38,221 nucleotides of DNA, taken from positions 62,001 through 100,221 of the forward strand of contig NZ_MWQY01000016.1 of the NCBI RefSeq assembly GCF_002087085.1. Direction: 5' to 3'. The notes under the pieces were generated by a model. It made no database searches and had not been told where the DNA came from. It saw only the letters and a list, made by a program, of their open reading frames with translations. The stretch's first letter is position 1. Every line of letters starts with the position of its first letter. A program made the translations under genes and the position numbers. Shown here one piece after another: positions 1 to 9,425 of this stretch.

Positions 1-183
1 GTCCTTTGCTTCCATACGATAAGAAAATCTGCCGCCCGGTTTCAGATTGTTTTCTGCATGCGGACATATCCAGTCGTGAGAAGCGAAATTCCAGTGGATA
101 ATATGTTCCGGAGATGTCCAGCTGTTCCAGACCGAGGGCGTATCTTTTTCTACTTGTGTTTCGACGGTAATTTTTTCGCTCAT
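1..183 (-). CDS. SRPBCC / Aha1-like (CalC-type) domain protein, 5' part, runs off the window edge
   Basis: Not in the ORF track. Manual translation from ATG at 183 (GGAGG SD upstream) gives MSEKITVETQVEKDTPSVWNSWTSPEHIIHWNFASHDWICPHAENNLKPGGRFSYRMEAKD, which has the WNFAS.DW.CP.A.N.L.PGG.FSYRMEAKD pattern of this family. Confidence 0.85.
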   Translation of the reverse strand, partial: MSEKITVETQVEKDTPSVWNSWTSPEHIIHWNFASHDWICPHAENNLKPGGRFSYRMEAKD

Positions 184-328
184 TGCTGCCTCCTCGAACA
201 GGCATTTCCAGACTATACTATAACTAACAAAAATAGTCATAAATATACGAGGAAATCAAGGGAGTTATCCGGATTTTTCGATCCTTTTTACGGTTCCGGA
301 TAGCTGTGTTCATTGAGACGAATCTGTG

Positions 329-358
329 TTGACAGCTGCGGATTTCGTCCGTTAGATT
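329..358 (+). promoter_or_regulatory. putative sigma70 promoter for the 381-1846 gene run
   Basis: TTGACA (329-334), 18-nt spacer, TAGATT (353-358). Confidence 0.45.
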
Positions 359-380
359 ACTCATACACAGGCAAAGAAGT

Positions 381-740
381 ATGATTGGTTTTATCAGTAC
401 AAGGGTAATCCGCTGGACAGCTCGGATTCTGTCTGCCCTTATAATTCTTATAGGCCTTCCTTTTTATTTCGGATACGGGAGTCCTCTGCCTTTTGCTGAT
501 CCCGCTTATTCCACACTGGATAATCTCTGGCTGATTATATTCCCGCTGATGTTTATCGGCCTGGGGCTCGGCTGGAGGTATGAGAAATTGGGCGCTGTGC
601 TGGTGCTTATGCCCCTCAGTATCGGTTTTGCTGCAGGTATGATAACCGAAGGCGAGATTCCTGTGTTTATGGGTGTTCCCTTTCTTGCCGGTCTGCTCTA
701 TGGTATATCAGAATTCACGCGACCCCACGCTAAAGGATGA
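381..740 (+). CDS. small integral membrane protein (about 4 TM), function unknown
   Basis: 119 aa with four hydrophobic segments; first gene of a tightly packed + strand run. Confidence 0.75.
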   Translation: MIGFISTRVIRWTARILSALIILIGLPFYFGYGSPLPFADPAYSTLDNLWLIIFPLMFIGLGLGWRYEKLGAVLVLMPLSIGFAAGMITEGEIPVFMGVPFLAGLLYGISEFTRPHAKG

Positions 741-744
741 GTTC

Positions 745-1215
745 ATGTCAATTGAGTCAGTCAGGGAATATTTCAGCACCTTGAATATGGAAGACAGGAT
801 CCTCGAGTTTGATGTCTCAAGCGCCACCGTCGAGCTTGCGGCCAGGGCTTTGAGCTGCGAGCCGAAACGAATTGCCAAAACGATGTCCTTTCTGCTGGAT
901 GACAGATGTGTATTAATCGTGACGGCCGGGGATGCAAGGATCGATAACGCGAAATACAAAAAGCTCTTCGGTAAAAAGGCAAAGATGCTAAGCCCGGAGC
1001 AGGTGGAAGCATTAACCGGGCACCGGGTGGGCGGGGTGTGCCCCTTCGCCGTGCCCGAGGGTACGCCGGTGTATCTCGATTTCTCCCTGAAGAGGTTTAC
1101 CACGGTCTTTCCCGCCTGCGGGAGCAGCAACAGCGCTATAGAGCTCAGCCCGGAGGAGCTGGAGAGATATTCCCGGGCTGAATCCTGGATCGATGTCTGC
1201 AAGGACTGGATCTGA
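745..1215 (+). CDS. YbaK/EbsC family aminoacyl-tRNA deacylase-like protein
   Basis: IAKTM catalytic Lys region and GGVCPF motif; start moved to ATG 745 (MSIESVREYF), just after the previous stop. Confidence 0.9.
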   Translation: MSIESVREYFSTLNMEDRILEFDVSSATVELAARALSCEPKRIAKTMSFLLDDRCVLIVTAGDARIDNAKYKKLFGKKAKMLSPEQVEALTGHRVGGVCPFAVPEGTPVYLDFSLKRFTTVFPACGSSNSAIELSPEELERYSRAESWIDVCKDWI

Positions 1216-1228
1216 GAAGGAGGATAGC

Positions 1229-1846
1229 ATGTCGGCAGATTTTGGAATCACTGATAACAGTCGCCTGGAGAGACAGCTTGATTTTCTTGTCGAGATAGAC
1301 AAAGTCAAGAACATCCTGCGAAAGTCCCGGCTTTTTGATGCTTCCCGTTTCGAAAATGACGCGGAGCACTCATGGACAATCAGCCTGATGGCGATCCTTC
1401 TGAAGGAGTACGCGGACTTTGAGGTAAATATCGAGAAGGTCCTGGTTATGCTCCTTATCCATGATATCGTCGAGATCGATGCGGGGGATACCTTTCTGTA
1501 CGCGGAAGCACGGGAATCCGCCCATATCGAGGAGGAGAAGGCGGCGCGGAGGATTTTCGGCATGCTGGATGCCGACCAGCGGGATTATTTTATCGGGGTC
1601 TGGCATGAATTCGAGGCCCGTCAGTCGAATGAAGCCCGTTTTGCCGCCGTATTCGATCGTCTTGAACCCCTGCTTCAAAACTTTCTCAATGAAGGCTTTA
1701 CCTGGAAAAAAAACAACATTTCCTGTGCCATGGTGATCGAGAAGAACAGACAGATCGCGGAGGGGTCCCCCCGAATCTGGGATTTTGTGCAGAAGCTGCT
1801 GAAGATCGCTGTTCAGAGGGGCTATTTTCCGGAACCGGAAGCTTGA
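1229..1846 (+). CDS. HD-domain phosphohydrolase (HD_3 / HDDC2-like nucleotidase family)
   Basis: ENDAEHSW, LIHDIVEIDAGD and DRLEP motifs; AAGGAGG SD before ATG 1229. Confidence 0.9.
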   Translation: MSADFGITDNSRLERQLDFLVEIDKVKNILRKSRLFDASRFENDAEHSWTISLMAILLKEYADFEVNIEKVLVMLLIHDIVEIDAGDTFLYAEARESAHIEEEKAARRIFGMLDADQRDYFIGVWHEFEARQSNEARFAAVFDRLEPLLQNFLNEGFTWKKNNISCAMVIEKNRQIAEGSPRIWDFVQKLLKIAVQRGYFPEPEA

Positions 1847-1865
1847 GCTTCAGGCAATGTCTCTT

Positions 1866-2399
1866 TCAGCTGTTTTTTATGGCGTCCTGATTGATCCCCG
1901 CAAAGGATTCGGCAATGAAGGCGGAGGTCTGGCCCAGGAGCCTGCTCTGGTCCGCGGCGGACAGGCTTTCCGGACATACGGCTATTCTGAAAATTCGTGA
2001 GGTCTGCTTGAGCGGACCATTCTGAAACGTAAGGGGCTTGTCGACTTCCCCGTCGGAAGAAAGAGAACAGCTGTTTCTGGACAGCGAGGGGGGTACGTCT
2101 CCGCGGAAGCCTATGCTGGTATACTCGATTATGCGACCGTCATCGGTCAGCGGACCGACAGAAACCAGGGAGCCTGAATATGTCAGCATAAGGGCGCCCC
2201 TGTTGTCGGTGCTGCTGAAGGAACCGACATCGTCCATTCCCTTTTCGATTATCAGATTGTCGAAGGCGTCCTTCTTTTCGAGCCAGCAGGCCCCCAGCCG
2301 GGCAATCGTATCTTCGTCCGTTTCGAGTCCGAAGGCTTCCGCCGCTTCGTACAGATGCTTCATGATGCTGTCAGGTAAAACGTTTCGTGATCTTTCCAT
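1866..2399 (-). CDS. hypothetical protein
   Basis: 177-aa ORF with globular composition and GGAGAAAAGGG upstream; fills the gap between two confident genes. Confidence 0.7.
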   Translation of the reverse strand: MERSRNVLPDSIMKHLYEAAEAFGLETDEDTIARLGACWLEKKDAFDNLIIEKGMDDVGSFSSTDNRGALMLTYSGSLVSVGPLTDDGRIIEYTSIGFRGDVPPSLSRNSCSLSSDGEVDKPLTFQNGPLKQTSRIFRIAVCPESLSAADQSRLLGQTSAFIAESFAGINQDAIKNS

Positions 2400-2516
2400 C
2401 CCTTTTCTCCGCCGGCGCCAAGTGTGATGCTGTAATATATAACCCGTAACAGGGGAGTTAACAAGAAAACACCATTTTTTGGACCTGCGGACGCGAGAAT
2501 CGGATAAAAAGACGAT

Positions 2517-3719
2517 CTATACCTGCTCCAGGAGTTCCTGTGCTTTTTTATTTCCCGGATTAATGTCCAGTATGCGGCGGCAATCGCTGCTGCAGCTGAC
2601 AATGTCACCGATTTTATGAAAAAGCTTGGCCCGTTCAAGCAGGGCGTCCTGGGAAAAGGGATCATGGATCAGGGCCTGGTCGAAGTTGTCAAAGGCTGCC
2701 CTGTATTCCTGCTGCACCGCCTTTACGAGTCCCAGATACAGGTATCCCTTGCTGTTTTCAGGATCCTCACCGATGGACTGTGAGAAGTCCCTCTCAGCAG
2801 CTGCAAGATCATCCTTGGTAAAATAGGCCATTCCCCGATGAACATAGACGATGGATCGGAGGTCCCGGCGAAGTTCATTCTCCAAAATTACACTGTAAAT
2901 CTCCACTGCCCGTTCCAGGTCCCCTTCGTTATGGGCGAGCAGGGCTTCGAGGAGTCTTTCGTCGTTATTGCGGGGGACCGGTCCTTCCTGTCGATCGCTT
3001 TTTTCCTCCTCTTCCATGCTGAAGGGCGAATCCTCGAGGACATTCAGTTTGTTCCAGAAGGCATGCCTGCGTTGCCGCAGCTGATCATGCAGGGTTTCCT
3101 GATAATCTCTGATTTCCTGAAACATAATATCCGACAGGGTGAGGTTTGCGTTCAATGCCGCAAGACGTCTTTTCAGGGGCTCGTCCAGAGGCGAGAACTC
3201 CGATTTGTAAATGAGCCGGTGCTCAACCTCTGCCCAGGCGTCCTGCAGCAGGGTCCGCACCTGGATTTCTATAACTGTATCGGGACTCAGTTTTTCTTTA
3301 TCCCTGATTGTATCAGGACAACGGATCAGAAAATGAAGCGACTCGTAGCCGAATTCCTTGAACCCTAAATCAGCACCCTTCTGTTCTTTCTCTGTTACGG
3401 AAAACTTGGTTTCGATCAGTCGGGCTGCCGTATCTATATCAGACAGGAAGGGGCACACAATTCGCATTCCCATCAGATCAGTGGGAATGATATGGCGTGT
3501 CCCCGCCGGCAGGGATGAAAGTCTGCGGCACAGCTTATCATAGAGATTTTTCAGGGATTTAACCCGGTACTTGATGGTTACTTTCAGATCCTGTTCCGCA
3601 AAGAGGTTTTCCAGTTCCTTATGCATCCGGACCAGAGCCCTTTCATACCGCCTGATTCTCGGCATGTACAGCTTTTCAATGCGGGAAAACGGCGGCAGAG
3701 GAAGGGGTACCACAAACAT
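2517..3719 (-). CDS. RelA/SpoT-domain small alarmone ((p)ppGpp) synthetase with C-terminal TPR repeats
   Basis: Synthetase motifs YRVKS..LYDKL, DLMGMRIV, GYESLH, EIQVRT and AWAEVEH; TPR-like helices at the C-terminus (VYVHRGMAY, GYLYLGLV, ALLERAKL); no hydrolase, TGS or ACT domain. Confidence 0.9.
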   Translation of the reverse strand: MFVVPLPLPPFSRIEKLYMPRIRRYERALVRMHKELENLFAEQDLKVTIKYRVKSLKNLYDKLCRRLSSLPAGTRHIIPTDLMGMRIVCPFLSDIDTAARLIETKFSVTEKEQKGADLGFKEFGYESLHFLIRCPDTIRDKEKLSPDTVIEIQVRTLLQDAWAEVEHRLIYKSEFSPLDEPLKRRLAALNANLTLSDIMFQEIRDYQETLHDQLRQRRHAFWNKLNVLEDSPFSMEEEEKSDRQEGPVPRNNDERLLEALLAHNEGDLERAVEIYSVILENELRRDLRSIVYVHRGMAYFTKDDLAAAERDFSQSIGEDPENSKGYLYLGLVKAVQQEYRAAFDNFDQALIHDPFSQDALLERAKLFHKIGDIVSCSSDCRRILDINPGNKKAQELLEQV

Positions 3720-3775
3720 CTGTCCATTCTACAGGGAGCTTCCGGCCCGGTGCAAGTGTCCGGGATCTGTGAATA

Positions 3776-4225
3776 CTAATCTTCCAGAGGGAAGTAGATC
3801 TCCGTCCGGAGCTCCTTTTCCGGGGTCGTTGCCGGATCGTTCAGGTAATACTCGTAGCTGACTGATGCGGTTTTCAGCTTGTGTTTCTGTATATAGTCCA
3901 TCAGCTCTCCGTAGGGTTTCTCTATTTCGGAGTAGGGTCCAGTGTACAGGGTATACAGGACCCTGCCTCCCGGCAGGGTCCCAGCCTGAATTCTGTCGTC
4001 TCCTTCGACGGCCTTCTGGACCGGAAACCCGATCTCCACATCCAGGGCCTCCATGTCCATATTGTGGTAAAGAGCAAAGGGAGCGCCGGCAAAGGGAATT
4101 CCCTTCTGCTGCATGAAGGCGGCGATCTCTCCGTAATGCTGACCCATGATCGCAGACAGTTTGCTCACGGGGGTGGTAAAGCGCATTGCCAGGGTGCGCT
4201 GTTCTTTGACTTCTCTGATTTCCAT
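3776..4225 (-). CDS. stand-alone GyrI-like small-molecule-binding protein
   Basis: 149 aa; GAPFALYH, YTGPYSEI and YEYYLNDP...RTEIYFP pattern; AGGAG SD. Confidence 0.9.
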   Translation of the reverse strand: MEIREVKEQRTLAMRFTTPVSKLSAIMGQHYGEIAAFMQQKGIPFAGAPFALYHNMDMEALDVEIGFPVQKAVEGDDRIQAGTLPGGRVLYTLYTGPYSEIEKPYGELMDYIQKHKLKTASVSYEYYLNDPATTPEKELRTEIYFPLED

Positions 4226-4270
4226 GATTTTCTCCTGTTATTGTATGATGAGTTTATAATGGCACGGGGT

Positions 4271-4292
4271 ATGCGACAGCTGTCTGTCGTAA
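4271..4292. promoter_or_regulatory. palindromic operator, probable WYL (YafY/DriD-like) activator site for the GyrI-like gene
   Basis: TGCGACAG-CTGT-CTGTCGTA inverted repeat in the -35 position, 13 nt from a minus-strand TATAAA (4253-4258). Confidence 0.65.
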
Positions 4293-4304
4293 TTAAAAAC
4301 AGGA

Positions 4305-5237
4305 TCAGTAAATTTTTTCTATTTTTCCCGCAGTTTCCGCAATAATCTTCCGCAGCCGATGGGGCTTCAGAACCTCCACATATTCACCAAAGGAGAGTAT
4401 GTAACCGTAGAGCCATCCGTCTTCGGGCATCCTTGTTCGGACAAGCAGACTTCCGTCATCCAGAATACGGCACAGCCTTGGTTCGTAGTACTCCTCCACC
4501 ATGGCCCGCATGATCGGGGCGAATTTCAGCTCAATTTCAAGGGCTTCGGTAGAGACTTTCCGGTAATTATCTTCCAGGAACTGCTCAAAGGAGAGCTCTC
4601 TGCGGTGTATGATCGATGCCAGTATTTCCGGGTCCTGGATGCGGGATATTCTGAACAGGCGGTAGTCTTCCCTGTTTCTGCAGTAGGCGTACAGGTACCA
4701 GGATCTCCAGCGAAAAGCGATTGTGAGGGGTTCCACGATTCGGGTGGTGGATTCCAGTTTGTTATTGGTATAGCGAAACCGCAGCAGACGTTCATGTTCC
4801 ACAGCTTCCCGTACAATCTTGAAGGCTTCCCGGTGTCTCTGATCGCCGCCAAGCATACTGAAGTCCAGGGACAGCTTCTCGTTCCTGCCGAAGAAGATAT
4901 CGGTTGATGTCCTGGGCAGAAGGGTCTGCACTTTCTGCAGGGTGCTGTCCAGGTGTTCGTCATCCAGGGAACCGGCAACCCCTTTCAAAGCTGTTACAAT
5001 GTAGTAGAAATCGTCGACGCTCATCAGCTGGCGTTCCATCTTGTAGGATTCCACTATTCCATAGCCTCCCTGGGGGCCCTGCAGGGTAAAGATGGGAATT
5101 CCCGCGAGTTCGATGCACTCCATGTCCCGCTGTATGGTCCGCCTGGAAACACCGAAACGTTCAGCCAGGGAGGAGGCACTGACCATCTCCCGGTTCAGCA
5201 GAAAAATGATCTCCGACAGCAGGCGGTCCAGCTTCAT
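4305..5237 (-). CDS. YafY-family HTH-WYL-WCX transcriptional regulator
   Basis: N-terminal wHTH (LAERFGVSRRTIQRD, GPQGGY), WYL motif (RSWYLYAYC...YRLFRISRI), C-terminal ILSFGEYVEVLKP. Confidence 0.93.
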   Translation of the reverse strand: MKLDRLLSEIIFLLNREMVSASSLAERFGVSRRTIQRDMECIELAGIPIFTLQGPQGGYGIVESYKMERQLMSVDDFYYIVTALKGVAGSLDDEHLDSTLQKVQTLLPRTSTDIFFGRNEKLSLDFSMLGGDQRHREAFKIVREAVEHERLLRFRYTNNKLESTTRIVEPLTIAFRWRSWYLYAYCRNREDYRLFRISRIQDPEILASIIHRRELSFEQFLEDNYRKVSTEALEIELKFAPIMRAMVEEYYEPRLCRILDDGSLLVRTRMPEDGWLYGYILSFGEYVEVLKPHRLRKIIAETAGKIEKIY

Positions 5238-5333
5238 GGGTCGATGGTAACACCATTCGCGTCATGGGTATACTGTTTCCGTGTCGTGTGCGCATGGTAT
5301 TCTTCCGGGTCCTGATTCGTTGTGAATCCACGG

Positions 5334-7409
5334 TCAGGAAGAGTAAATCCGGTTCCTGCCTGCCCTTTTTGCCCGGTACAGCTTGGTGTCCGCCTCGTTG
5401 ATAATCTTTTCCAGATCGCACCCCTGCTGCATGCAGACCCTTGAATCTGCAATACCGCAGCTGAAGGTAAAGCTGATTGCTGCTTCCCCGTAGGGAATCG
5501 ACATTTCTCTGACGGCGGCAAGTATTCTGTCCATCATTTTATGGGCTTTTTCCTGTGCCATTCCGGTGAACACAATAAGAAACTCTTCGCCCCCGAAACG
5601 GCCCAGGGTATCGTATCCGCGAATGCTCCGGGAGAGTATTTGTGCAAATTCCTTCAGGACCAGGTCTCCGGCGACATGGCCGTAGTTGTCATTTATGGAC
5701 TTGAAATGGTCGATATCCAGAATTGCCAGGGAGAATATTTCTTCCCCGCGTTCAACCTTTTCAATCAAGGCTCCCAGAATCTCGAAGAGATGCCTGCGGT
5801 TGTACAGGCCGGTGAGGGTGTCTCTGATGGAGACTTCATGAAGCTGCTTCTCCAGCTGTTTACGCTCACTTATGTCTCTGGCGATTCCGGCTATCCGCTG
5901 AGTATCTCCGCTGGAGCTGTGCACTGGAAATGTGGAGGCCCAAATCCAGCGTTCGCTGCCGTCTGGTAAAATGATTCTGTACTCATATTCGGATTTGTCC
6001 TCCGTATACCAGCGCAGAACCTCGTTTTTGTCCTCCGGATGGATGACTTCCTGATAAGAATCTGGATTGTCGTACAGACTCTGACAGCTTCGCCCGAAGA
6101 TTTTTTCATACGCGGGGCTTACATAGAGCATTCTGTGTTCCGTACGCAGAAAGAATATCTGGTCAATATTCTCCGCCAGTTGTCTGAAGCGTTCTTCGCT
6201 TTCCCGAAGCTTCTCCTTGACTTCTCTCTCGAAGGAAACATCTCTCTGTACACCGAAGTGTCCTGTGATCCTGCCTTCTTCATCGTAGAGACAGATATAG
6301 TCTCCCTCGATGGTCATCGGTGTTCCGTCGAATTTCTTTTCCGTAGTGTCCACATGGAGCGTTCCGTTATCGAAGAACTCTCTCCAGACTTTTTTGCCGT
6401 ACTCCATATCGTGCTGATAAAAATCGGCGGGGGTCAGTCCGATAAAATTCTCTTCCTCCGCTCCGTACTGATCCAGCATTGCCCGGTTGATTCGCGTTAT
6501 CTTCTGATGGGAAAAGGCATAGTCCAGAGCCGCATCCTTGTCTGTCGACTCATTCCACTCCAGGGGCCGGTCCAGCATCATGAAGAAGAATCCGTCAAGG
6601 GACTGGCGGAAAAACAGATTTAAAAGCTCATTGCTCTGTCGCAGTTTGTCTTCGATTGATTTCCTGAGGGTGATGTCCTCTTTTATGGCCACATAATTGG
6701 AAATTTCTCCGGACTCCTTTAAAATAGGAGCAATAAGTGCGGACTCCCAGTAGAGTTCTCCGTTTTTTTTCCTGTTATGGAAGACTCCCCTCCAGCTTTT
6801 CCCCGAACTGATGGCATTCCAGAGATCTGTATAAAAGGCGCAATCCTGTTCGCCCGATTTCAGTATGCCGGGGTTCTCACCTATGGCTTCATCCGGTTTA
6901 TAGCCGGTCAATTCGGTGAATTTTTCGTTGACGTAGGAGATTGTTCCCGATGTATCCGTTATGACTACCGAGACAGGGTTGTGTTCAACTGCCTTGGAAA
7001 GCAGCAGAAGGCTGTGTTCGGCCCGCTTTCGCTCTGTTACATCCCTGGCTGTTGCGTAGATAAGCTTGTCTCGTCTGATGGCCCGCCATTCGAGGTCATG
7101 ATAGCCGCCTTCGGTGTGTTGTATCCGGTTTTCAAAGGAAGCTATGGAGCCTGCGCTGTTCAGGTTCCTGCGAACAGCAGCAAGGGTCTGTTTTCTCTCG
7201 GAAGGATGTATAAATTCCAGGAAATTTATTCCTTCCATGGTTTCCGGTTCGTACCCCAGAATATCTTTCCAGGCCATATTTGTTTTGAGGATGATTCCGC
7301 TTGTATCTGCGATGCAGAGCAGGTCAGGGCTGAGGGAAAAAAACATCGTAAGGTCCGGTTGTTCGCCGGAAGCGCTGTGTCGGGTCATATGGTATCCAGT
7401 ATTCTGCAT
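5334..7409 (-). CDS. multi-PAS sensor diguanylate cyclase
   Basis: About four PAS/PAC domains; DTLTGLYNRR, DIDHFKSINDNYGH and GGEEF; intact RxxD I-site (RGYD). Confidence 0.93.
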   Translation of the reverse strand: MQNTGYHMTRHSASGEQPDLTMFFSLSPDLLCIADTSGIILKTNMAWKDILGYEPETMEGINFLEFIHPSERKQTLAAVRRNLNSAGSIASFENRIQHTEGGYHDLEWRAIRRDKLIYATARDVTERKRAEHSLLLLSKAVEHNPVSVVITDTSGTISYVNEKFTELTGYKPDEAIGENPGILKSGEQDCAFYTDLWNAISSGKSWRGVFHNRKKNGELYWESALIAPILKESGEISNYVAIKEDITLRKSIEDKLRQSNELLNLFFRQSLDGFFFMMLDRPLEWNESTDKDAALDYAFSHQKITRINRAMLDQYGAEEENFIGLTPADFYQHDMEYGKKVWREFFDNGTLHVDTTEKKFDGTPMTIEGDYICLYDEEGRITGHFGVQRDVSFEREVKEKLRESEERFRQLAENIDQIFFLRTEHRMLYVSPAYEKIFGRSCQSLYDNPDSYQEVIHPEDKNEVLRWYTEDKSEYEYRIILPDGSERWIWASTFPVHSSSGDTQRIAGIARDISERKQLEKQLHEVSIRDTLTGLYNRRHLFEILGALIEKVERGEEIFSLAILDIDHFKSINDNYGHVAGDLVLKEFAQILSRSIRGYDTLGRFGGEEFLIVFTGMAQEKAHKMMDRILAAVREMSIPYGEAAISFTFSCGIADSRVCMQQGCDLEKIINEADTKLYRAKRAGRNRIYSS

Positions 7410-7505
7410 CCTCAGGGCTTTTGCAAGCTACGGCCGACAGCCGACTGTCTGGAGAGGAGGCTGTGGAGCGGATGATCCATGAATTGTGGTGTTGGCCGCA
7501 GGTGT

Positions 7506-8009
7506 TTACATATACCTTACCAGGTCATCGAGATTCTTCCGCTGTTTCTCCCGGGGAGTCCGTTCGGTATATCCCAGGGGAGTAAAAGCCACCGGCTCCC
7601 ATTGCGGACCGAACCCGGCGAAATCTCTGGCCGCCTGGCTGTCGAAGGCCCCGATCCAGCAGGTACCGAGCCCCTGGGCTGCAGCGGCCAGTATCATGTG
7701 GTCCATTACGATGGCGGCGTCCACATAGGCGTAATTTTTTCCGTCACCCCGGACCCAGCATGCATCGTAATCCGCATAGACCCCGAGTACCAGAGGTGCC
7801 TTGCTGAAAAAGGAGCTGGAATAGATCTTCTTCAGCCTTTCTGCGTACTTTTCTGTCGGGATAACCAGAATCCTGAAGGCCTGCAGATTGCATGCCGTCG
7901 GCGCAAGGCGGCCTGCCTCGAGAATCCTGTCGAGTTTTTCCTGTTCTACTTCCCTGTCAATATATCCACGGACACTGAAGCGTTTCTCAATGACTTCGAA
8001 AAAATCCAT
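7506..8009 (-). CDS. nitroreductase family protein
   Basis: KRFSVRGY, APTACNLQ and GLGTCWIGAF motifs; start at ATG 8009 after GGAGAGGAAGAG. Confidence 0.92.
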   Translation of the reverse strand: MDFFEVIEKRFSVRGYIDREVEQEKLDRILEAGRLAPTACNLQAFRILVIPTEKYAERLKKIYSSSFFSKAPLVLGVYADYDACWVRGDGKNYAYVDAAIVMDHMILAAAAQGLGTCWIGAFDSQAARDFAGFGPQWEPVAFTPLGYTERTPREKQRKNLDDLVRYM

Positions 8010-8345
8010 CTCTTCCTCTCCTTTTATTCTGAGTGGCACCTCTACCAACTACTCTTTTTCCCATATCCTGCGATGTCAAGATTTCCCGCGGTCCTCAACT
8101 CTTGTTACCACAAGAGTTTGCGGGCGCTACAAAATCTTTCCTCCTTGACTATGGAAAAAATACCACGTTTTTAGAGGTGCCCTATATGCAAATAGTTCAA
8201 GACCGGATTGTCAAGAGGGTATATTCTGTTGTTGAGGTACCCTGTATGTAATCCGCATAAACAAGCCCTGTCGGCGTGGAAACCTGAGGGGACTGTACTT
8301 TTGGGGATTGATTTACGATATTTAACCCTTCAGAAGGAGTAATGA

Positions 8346-9425
8346 ATGAAGAGCAGCCTGAAAATCGGTTTTGGATTTTACCGGCATATGCTGAATGACG
8401 ACAACTACCGCTTTGCCCGGCAGGCGGGTGCTACCCACGCGGTTGTACACCTGACAGACTACACCGGACAGCTGAAAGGCGCACCCGTCACGGATGATCA
8501 GCCCATTGACGGCGAGAACGGCTGGGGGAGTACCTCCGGGGATCGGGAGATCTGGAGCGTCTCTTCCCTGACTGATTTGAAGAAACGCATGGCGGCTCAC
8601 GGCATTGATCTCTATGCCCTGGAAAACTTTGATCCTGCCCACTGGTACGATGTACTCCTTGCCGGTCCCCGGAGGGATGAACAGATTGAATGGATCAGGG
8701 AGATCATTCGCAACATGGGCCAGGCCGGCATATCTGTAATGGGATATAACTTCAGCCTGGCCGGTGTTGCCGGCCGGGTTCACGGTCCCTTTGCCCGGGG
8801 CGGCGCGGAGTCGGTGGGGGTCTCCGGTGTGGATGATACCCCGATACCGAAAGGAATGGTCTGGAATATGGCCTACGAAAGCACCCGTACCGGAGAGATG
8901 CTCCCGGAGATTTCCCACGAGGAACTCTGGGAACGGCTGCGCTATTTTCTGGAGCGCGTTGTTCCCGTGGCCGAGGAGGCCGGCGTTACCATGGCCGCCC
9001 ATCCGGATGATCCTCCCGCGGAGCGGGTACGCCGGCAGCCGCGGCTGATCTACCGGGATGCACTTTACCGGAAGCTCTTCGGTCTGGTGGAGAGTCCTGC
9101 AAGCAGGGCAGAACTGTGCCTGGGTACGGTTCAGGAGATGCAGGGAAGCGATGTGTACCGTTTAACCGAAGAGCTCGTCAGGGAGAGGAAAGTCGCCTAT
9201 ATTCATTTTCGTAATGTTGTGGGCAAGATTCCCGAATACCACGAGGTTTTTGTTGACGAAGGTGACATCGATATGCCCCGCATTATCCGTATCCTTGTGG
9301 AGAACGGCTACGACGGGGTTATTATCCCTGACCATACCCCGCAGATGAGCTGTGCCGCTCCCTGGCATGCCGGAATGGCCTATGCCCTGGGGTATATGAG
9401 GGGATTGTGCCAGGTTTACGGCTGA
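8346..9425 (+). CDS. uxuA: mannonate dehydratase (UxuA family)
   Basis: GYNF, AHPDDPP, LCLGT, YIHFRNV, FVDEGD and IPDHTP motifs; AAGGAG SD. Confidence 0.88.
   Translation: MKSSLKIGFGFYRHMLNDDNYRFARQAGATHAVVHLTDYTGQLKGAPVTDDQPIDGENGWGSTSGDREIWSVSSLTDLKKRMAAHGIDLYALENFDPAHWYDVLLAGPRRDEQIEWIREIIRNMGQAGISVMGYNFSLAGVAGRVHGPFARGGAESVGVSGVDDTPIPKGMVWNMAYESTRTGEMLPEISHEELWERLRYFLERVVPVAEEAGVTMAAHPDDPPAERVRRQPRLIYRDALYRKLFGLVESPASRAELCLGTVQEMQGSDVYRLTEELVRERKVAYIHFRNVVGKIPEYHEVFVDEGDIDMPRIIRILVENGYDGVIIPDHTPQMSCAAPWHAGMAYALGYMRGLCQVYG

Noticed and set aside
58..303. 81-aa + strand ORF
   Set aside because: Overlaps the recognisable minus-strand SRPBCC gene (1-183) and its promoter region; no protein-like features
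1229..1846. HD protein as the small alarmone hydrolase partner of the nearby synthetase
   Set aside because: Motifs (E..AEHSW, HD..E..AGD) fit the HD_3/HDDC2 nucleotidase family, not Mesh1/SpoT (no H..Q.R..G.PY..H or HD..ED)
8174..8251. 60-bp-period repeat as a mini-CRISPR or riboswitch
   Set aside because: Only two 18-bp imperfect copies; no riboswitch consensus I can recognise
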